From a bacterium (GTDB lineage: Bacteria > Zhuqueibacterota > Zhuqueibacteria > Oceanimicrobiales > Oceanimicrobiaceae): 12,303 bases of DNA. The translations under genes and the position numbers were made by a program. The first letter of the stretch is position 1. Each line of letters starts with the position of its first letter. Below, piece after piece: positions 7,147-12,303 of this stretch. The stretch is taken from assembly GCA_046757025.1 (NCBI GenBank), contig JBHHXN010000155.1:1-12303 (forward strand), given 5' to 3'. The notes beneath the pieces were generated by a model. That model did not search any database, was not told the DNA's origin, and saw only the letters and a list, made by a program, of their open reading frames with translations.

Positions 7147-8595
7147 ATGCGTAGTTTGAATTACCGCAAAAAAAACCATCTCAAAAAATGGATGACACCC
7201 TGGTTTTCTCTGTTCATCCTGTCTTGTGCGATCATTTTCGCTTTTATGAATTGCCGTAATGAGGAATCAACTGGCCAGAACCGTAACGGCCGCAATCGCA
7301 GCCACAACATGTTGGCCGGCATGGGTTCGCAGAACGCCGCAGGAATTCCTGTGCAGGTGGCCGAAGCCAAAAAAGGCGACATTTCCACATTCTTGATGCA
7401 AACCACCACCATCGAAGCCGAGCGTCAGGTTGACGTTCTCGCAAAAGTGGCCGGACAAGTCGTGAAACTGCCTGCCGAAGAAGGTGACAAAGTGAAAAAA
7501 GGCGATCTGTTAGCCCAGTTGGATGAAGCCGAGCTAAAAATCAATTTCATACAAGCCAAAGTGCGCATGGATACCGACAAGGCCACTCTCGAACGCGCGA
7601 AAAACATGTTAGCGAAAAAGCTGGTGGCCGAAGAAAATTATGAATCAACCCGTCTGCAGTACGAAAGCACCAAAGCCTCCTACGAAGCCGCGCGTTTGCA
7701 ATTGGAATACACCAGCGTGCGCGCGCCTTTCGACGGCGTGGTCACAGCCAGAAATGTCGAGCTGGGTCAACGAGTGAATGTCAACCAACCGTTGTTTACC
7801 ATCGCCGATTTCTCGCCGCTGCGCGCGAAAATCTATGTTCCGGAAAAAGATATGCACCGGATAATTGTAGGCCAGCGCGCTAAAATCACCATCGAATCGG
7901 AGGCCGACCTGGATTTTCCTGGCGTGGTAAGAATGATCAGCCCGGTGGTGGACCCTACCAGCGGCACCGCCAAAGTGACCATCGACATCGAAAACGACCG
8001 CGGCAAATTAAAGCCGGGCATGTTCGCATCGGTGTATATCACCACCGAAACGCATCACAACGCCCTGCTCATCCCCAAGAAAGCGTTGATTTTAGAAAGC
8101 GACCTGGATCAGGTTTATATCTACCAAAATGGCAGCGCCCACAAAGTCACACTCCAAGTCGGTTTCACTTCGGGCGATGACATCGAGGTACTCTCCGGAT
8201 TGCAGGACGGCGACCTGGTGGTGACCGCCGGCCAGGAAGGTTTGCGAGAAGGCTTGCCCATTCGCATACCGGGGCAGGACACTACGGAAGCGCCTGCTTT
8301 GGCTGCAAATAGCGCCACTCCCGGTGCGCCGGCTGAAAACCTGCACGGTCAAAATCCTGAGACCACCAGCCGCCCGCGTCAAGGGGAGGGGCGATCACAA
8401 AATTGGGGCAACAGAACCATGGACCCGGAGCGGTTGAAACGCATGGAAGAACGCTTGCTCCAGAATCCCGAAATCAAGAAAGAGTATGAAAAACGTCTCA
8501 AAGAAGATCCGGATTTAAAAAACAATCCAGAAAAGAAAATGGCCTTTTTCCGGGAAATGTTTCAGAAAATGCGCGGGCAGCAAGGAAGACGATGA
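7147..8595 (+). CDS. RND efflux periplasmic adaptor subunit (MFP, HlyD family) with C-terminal extension
   Basis: SD AAGGGAG upstream. Hydrophobic N-terminal anchor with possible lipoprotein Cys (C27 or C36). Lipoyl halves KVAGQV...EGDKVKKGDLLAQLD and VRAPFDGVV...GQRV flank a coiled-coil hairpin. Also ISPVVDPTSGT, LKPGMFASV, LLIPKKAL, EVLSGLQDGDLVVTAG. Confidence 0.95.
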   Translation: MRSLNYRKKNHLKKWMTPWFSLFILSCAIIFAFMNCRNEESTGQNRNGRNRSHNMLAGMGSQNAAGIPVQVAEAKKGDISTFLMQTTTIEAERQVDVLAKVAGQVVKLPAEEGDKVKKGDLLAQLDEAELKINFIQAKVRMDTDKATLERAKNMLAKKLVAEENYESTRLQYESTKASYEAARLQLEYTSVRAPFDGVVTARNVELGQRVNVNQPLFTIADFSPLRAKIYVPEKDMHRIIVGQRAKITIESEADLDFPGVVRMISPVVDPTSGTAKVTIDIENDRGKLKPGMFASVYITTETHHNALLIPKKALILESDLDQVYIYQNGSAHKVTLQVGFTSGDDIEVLSGLQDGDLVVTAGQEGLREGLPIRIPGQDTTEAPALAANSATPGAPAENLHGQNPETTSRPRQGEGRSQNWGNRTMDPERLKRMEERLLQNPEIKKEYEKRLKEDPDLKNNPEKKMAFFREMFQKMRGQQGRR

Positions 8596-8617
8596 TAGAT
8601 TCTTTGTTCTGGATTTC

Positions 8618-8641
8618 TCAGAGATGGTCTCTGACTTTTTT
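8618..8641 (+). terminator. Intrinsic terminator between adaptor and permease genes
   Basis: Perfect 7-bp stem TCAGAGA-tgg-TCTCTGA followed by CTTTTTT, 22 nt after the adaptor stop codon. Confidence 0.6.
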
Positions 8642-8669
8642 ATTGATAATGGAGCATATTGATGCGAGT

Positions 8670-8687
8670 TTGTAACTGACTTTACAA
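8670..8687. promoter_or_regulatory. Palindromic operator candidate TTGTAA-N6-TTACAA
   Basis: Perfect 6-bp dyad with a 6-bp spacer, the geometry of CRP/FNR-family sites (contains GTA-N8-TAC), ~150 nt upstream of the permease start. Confidence 0.4.
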
Positions 8688-8836
8688 TGATTCCTAGTTT
8701 AGGTATTTATAAATTTCAAATATTATTGGTTAGGAATGAGGGCTATATAGTAAGCAGCACACAAAGATTGTATTAAACGGCAGACACTTCTACAGGTCAG
8801 GAGCCTGTAATAATAGCCACTGAAAGGATTTCATTT

Positions 8837-11800
8837 ATGAAAATATCAGAATTTTCCGTTAAAAAGCCCATTACCATGCTCATGGTCATTTTGAGCGTCC
8901 TTGTGCTTGGTGCGCTGGCGCTGCAAAGGTTGCCCATGGCTTTTTTACCGAATTTTTCATCGGATTCCATCCGTATTTCCGTACCGTATGCTTCTTCGTC
9001 GCCGGAGGAAATCGAGCGGCTCATCACGCGTCCCATCGAAGAAATCATGGGGACGGTTTCTCATTTGGAGAACATCAGCTCCACGTCCTCCGCGAATGAA
9101 AGCAGCGTGCGCTTGGAGTTCGTCAGCGGCACCGATATGGGTATGGCCTCGGTAGAAGTGCGGGACCGGTTAGACCGGGTTCGACCGCAGCTTCCCGACG
9201 ACGTCGAGCGCATCCGCATTCGGCGCTGGCAAACCACTGACATGCCAGTGATTCAGTTCAGCCTGGCCTGGGACGGTCCCAAGGACGAGCTTTACGACAT
9301 CGTGAACAAAATTGTGGTTCCGCGCCTGCAGCGTATCGATGGCGTAGCCAACGTGGATATCGGCGGCCTGGACGAACGGCAGGTGCTGGTGGAGCTGGAT
9401 CTGGAACGCATGCGAGCGCATCACATCGATGTGTATCGGTTGAGCCGCAGTCTGCGCACCAACAACGTGAACATCGCCGGCGGCTGGGTCATCGACGCGG
9501 GACGAAAATACACCGTTCGCACCATGGGTGAGTTTCAATCCCTGAACGACATCACTCAGGTGCCCATTGAAGGCACCAACCTCGTGCTGGATGACATCGC
9601 GGAAATCACGTTCGATTATCCGGAGAAAAAAGAATTTCAGCGGTTAAATCAGCTCGACGCCATCGTGGTGCGCGTTTATAAAACTTCCAATGGCAATGTG
9701 ATAGAAGTCGCAGACAAAGCCAAAAGCCTGCTGAACACGCTGCGCGGTGAACCGCAGTTTGCCGGGCTCAACATGCGGGTGGTTCGAGATCAGTCTGAAG
9801 AGATTGTCAGCAGCTTGGAAAACCTGACCTGGGCCGGCGTGTTTGGCGCCATTCTCGCAACGCTGGTTCTTTTTGTGTTTTTAGGCAAAGTACGCAGCAC
9901 CGTCATCATTGGTATGGCCATTCCAATTTCGGTGATCGCCACTTTTTTCTTGATGTACATATTACGTTTGGCGCCGTTCAACTCACAGGTTACGCTGAAC
10001 ATCGTTTCGCTTTCGGGATTGATGTTTGCGGTGGGAATGCTGGTGGATCCGGCGGTGGTGGTTCTGGAAAACATTTTTCGCCACAAACAGGAAGAAGGAT
10101 TAAATGCCCGAAAAGCCGCCATCCTCGGTGCTCAGGAAGTTTCGGTAGCCGTAATATCGGCCACGCTTACCACGGTCATCGTGTTTGTACCGCTGGTATT
10201 CATGTCAGAAACGGCTATGGGCCGGTGGTCGCGGGATTTTGGCGTAGCCATCGTCACGGCCACCCTGGCCAGTTTGCTGATCAGCCTGACGTTGATTCCG
10301 CTAGCAGCTTCGCGCATTTTCACCGGCAAAGAGAAACCGCGCGCGCGTTTTCTTGTGCGCATGGGTGACGCTTATGGATCGAGTATCACGAAAGTCATAA
10401 ATTATCGATTTGCCGCCCTACTGGTGTTCATCGCCATTGGATGGGGTGCGTGGAAATTGTACGGCAGCATCGATCGCGACTGGATACCGAGAACACCTCA
10501 ACGCCGTATGGACTTGCGACTCGATCTGCCCAGGACTTACTCGCTGGTAGAAATTCAGGCTCTTTTCGACTCGGTTGAGACCAGGCTGCTCTCGCAAAAG
10601 GAGCGACTTGAAATCTCTGAAATTGCCAGCAACTATCGCAGAAATCGCGGCAGTATAACCATCTATTTCACGCCGGAAGAGATGGCGAAAAAGAATACCA
10701 CGGATTTGTACGACGACGTGCGCAGCACTTTGCCAACCATTCCCGGCGTGCAATTCAGAGTGGGTAGAATGCACGGCCACGGCGGCAGCCAGATGGGTGT
10801 GAGCATCGAGCTCAAAGGGAAAAATACCGCGGTGTTGGCAACGTATGCAGAAGAGATAAAAACCATGTTGGCGGATGTGCCCGGCATCAATGACCTCGAC
10901 ACTTCGATGGAACGCGGCGATGAGGAAGTCCGCATCAGCGTCGACCGGGTGCGTGCTCAGCGCTACGGATTGTCAGCTCAACAGGTGGCCCGCTCCGTAG
11001 CCTCTGCGCTCAGCAGCCGCTCCAACTCTCGATTTAAAACCCAGGATAAAGAAGTCAATATTCTGGTTCAGCTGGCAGAGGAAGATCGCGTAAACCTGCA
11101 GCAGCTTGAAAACATCGCATTTCGCAGCAGCCGTAATGAAATGGTGCAGATGGGCTCGGTGGCGGATTTTCACGTGCGCAAAGGCCCGGAATCCATCAAA
11201 CGCGAAAACCGCCAAACCACCATTTCGGTTTTTGCGAACACCGACCGCAGCGGGATGTGGAGCGTGAGTCAGGCTATCACCGCGCGCATGGCGAGCGTAA
11301 AATTGCCGCCGGGATACAGTTGGAGCCTGGGTCGCAACTGGATGCTCATGCGCCAGATGGAATCGGAATCCAACTTTGCCATCGTTTTGGCGCTTATTCT
11401 GATCTACATCGTCATGGCGTCGCTGTTTGAATCCTTTATCCATCCGTTCACGATTCTGTTTACGGTGCCTTTTGCCATCGTGGGGGTGCTGATCATGTTC
11501 TGGGCCACCAGCACCAACCTCAACAACATGGCTTATCTCGGCATCATCGTGGTCTGCGGACTGGTGGTGAACAACGGCATCATTCTCATCGACGCCATCA
11601 ACAAACTAAGGAGAAAGGGATTGCCGCGAGTAGAAGCCATCCGCCTGGGCGGACGAAATCGCTTGCGACCGATTTTGATGACCACGCTCACCACAGTCAT
11701 CGGCCTCATGCCTCTGGTGTTACCGGCGCTGTTTCCCGCTGTGTTTGGTCCGCAGGAAGGCCGCTCGGCCATGTACACACCAGTGGGTCTGGCGGTGGTA

Positions 11801-11947
11801 GGCGGGCTGCTTACCAGTACGCCGTTGACGCTGTTTCTGATGCCCATCACCTATGTCATGCTGGACGACTTGACTTCGTGGATCGCACGAATTTTTACCA
11901 CCTCGCGCAGTATGAGTGGAAAATTGGGAAACGCTGTGGAATCATGA
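8837..11947 (+). CDS. RND efflux transporter permease subunit, AcrB/AcrD/AcrF family
   Basis: 1036 aa with SD AAAGGA. N-terminal SVKKPIT + TM1, SPEEIERLITRPIEE, RIDGVANV, TM4 GMLVDPAVVVLENI, SATLTTVIVFVPL, ASLFESFIHPFTIL, TM10 GLVVNNGIIL, TM11 RLRPILMTT, TM12 VVGGLLTSTPLTL. Confidence 0.97.
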   Translation: MKISEFSVKKPITMLMVILSVLVLGALALQRLPMAFLPNFSSDSIRISVPYASSSPEEIERLITRPIEEIMGTVSHLENISSTSSANESSVRLEFVSGTDMGMASVEVRDRLDRVRPQLPDDVERIRIRRWQTTDMPVIQFSLAWDGPKDELYDIVNKIVVPRLQRIDGVANVDIGGLDERQVLVELDLERMRAHHIDVYRLSRSLRTNNVNIAGGWVIDAGRKYTVRTMGEFQSLNDITQVPIEGTNLVLDDIAEITFDYPEKKEFQRLNQLDAIVVRVYKTSNGNVIEVADKAKSLLNTLRGEPQFAGLNMRVVRDQSEEIVSSLENLTWAGVFGAILATLVLFVFLGKVRSTVIIGMAIPISVIATFFLMYILRLAPFNSQVTLNIVSLSGLMFAVGMLVDPAVVVLENIFRHKQEEGLNARKAAILGAQEVSVAVISATLTTVIVFVPLVFMSETAMGRWSRDFGVAIVTATLASLLISLTLIPLAASRIFTGKEKPRARFLVRMGDAYGSSITKVINYRFAALLVFIAIGWGAWKLYGSIDRDWIPRTPQRRMDLRLDLPRTYSLVEIQALFDSVETRLLSQKERLEISEIASNYRRNRGSITIYFTPEEMAKKNTTDLYDDVRSTLPTIPGVQFRVGRMHGHGGSQMGVSIELKGKNTAVLATYAEEIKTMLADVPGINDLDTSMERGDEEVRISVDRVRAQRYGLSAQQVARSVASALSSRSNSRFKTQDKEVNILVQLAEEDRVNLQQLENIAFRSSRNEMVQMGSVADFHVRKGPESIKRENRQTTISVFANTDRSGMWSVSQAITARMASVKLPPGYSWSLGRNWMLMRQMESESNFAIVLALILIYIVMASLFESFIHPFTILFTVPFAIVGVLIMFWATSTNLNNMAYLGIIVVCGLVVNNGIILIDAINKLRRKGLPRVEAIRLGGRNRLRPILMTTLTTVIGLMPLVLPALFPAVFGPQEGRSAMYTPVGLAVVGGLLTSTPLTLFLMPITYVMLDDLTSWIARIFTTSRSMSGKLGNAVES

Positions 11948-12013
11948 GAGTCTGCAGCCACTGCCAGACTGCCATTTACGAGCAGGCTCACTGAGACACT
12001 TTTTGAGTGAATG

Positions 12014-12128
12014 GGCGGAGACTCTGAGCGTCGACGTCGTTGCGGAAAATGCGAATGTTATCTGGTATTCGCTTCGCGATGGCGTCCCTGATCCGGGTAC
12101 CCAACTTAGCGAAGGCGTCTCGCCGAGC
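12014..12128. repeat. Nested REP-like palindrome cluster downstream of the permease
   Basis: Direct copies CTTCGCGATGGCGTCCC (12072-12088) and CTTAGCGAAGGCGTCTCGCCGAGC (12105-12128), with degenerate inverted partners at 12033-12046 and 12014-12028. Same repeat family as at 3106-3154. Confidence 0.7.
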
Positions 12129-12147
12129 GATCTTGATGACTGAACTT

Positions 12148-12156
12148 TGATATAAT
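12148..12156 (+). promoter_or_regulatory. Extended -10 promoter candidate for a downstream gene
   Basis: Perfect TGnTATAAT (TGATATAAT). No -35 at canonical spacing. Confidence 0.4.
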
Positions 12157-12303
12157 TAATCGGTTGAACTGCGAGAAATAAGATATTCACAAGCCAAGTA
12201 AATACTGAGGCAAAAAAGTGGTAATTGGCCGAAACGCGCGATGTGTATCCGTTTTCGTCGGCGTGTTACTGTGGCAGAGATATTCAAGCAATTATTGTCC
12301 TAG

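Noticed and set aside
8776..8822. Partial resemblance to a c-di-GMP-I riboswitch (GGCAGAC...CTACAGGTC...ATAGCC)
   Set aside because: Lacks the P2 stem with GAAA tetraloop and the GACGCAAAG junction.
178..11850. Numerous antisense and alternative-frame ORFs of 60-180 aa inside the six main genes
   Set aside because: Shadow ORFs expected in GC-rich coding DNA; each overlaps a gene with clear family motifs.
12072..12128. Two direct repeats 33 bp apart considered as a mini-CRISPR
   Set aside because: Only two divergent copies, the spacer is too short, no cas genes are present, and inverted partners indicate REP-like repeats.
11916..12190. ORFs 11916..12143 (+), 11942..12190 (-) and a 16-aa CxxC peptide starting at 11944 that overlaps the permease stop
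   Set aside because: The longer ORFs run through the REP cluster and have no recognisable motifs. The peptide is too short to support.
12218..12303. Possible gene start at GTG 12218 after GAGG, open to the window end
   Set aside because: Only 28 codons are visible and the sequence is unrecognisable, so it cannot be supported.

Overview
Bacterial genomic window, probably from an FCB-group or related lineage such as KSB1, Calditrichota or Ignavibacteriota (inferred from the NYPNPFNP...KMLLLR C-terminal sorting domain). All six credible genes are on the + strand. First is a 5'-truncated secreted EEP-family nuclease/phosphatase with two Ig-like repeats, an unassigned middle domain and a T9SS/FlgD-type C-terminal domain (1-2472). 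A 1.19 kb repeat-rich intergenic region follows. Then come an OmpR-family response regulator, a HAMP histidine kinase, a secreted PQQ-like beta-propeller protein, an RND periplasmic adaptor with an unusual C-terminal extension and, after an apparent terminator, an AcrB-family RND permease with a non-canonical proton-relay motif (VDP). The most striking unannotated signal is in the intergenic DNA: two ~150 bp MITE-like elements (3064-3218, 3308-3454) with the same nested design. Each has 6-bp TAnnTA-type flanking direct repeats, GTGTC... terminal inverted repeats, an inverted REP-like pair inside, and a 22-24 nt mini-insertion with its own short direct repeat inside one REP. An uninterrupted copy of one REP at 12105-12128 supports the reconstruction. 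All calls come from reading motifs by eye; no searches were run.
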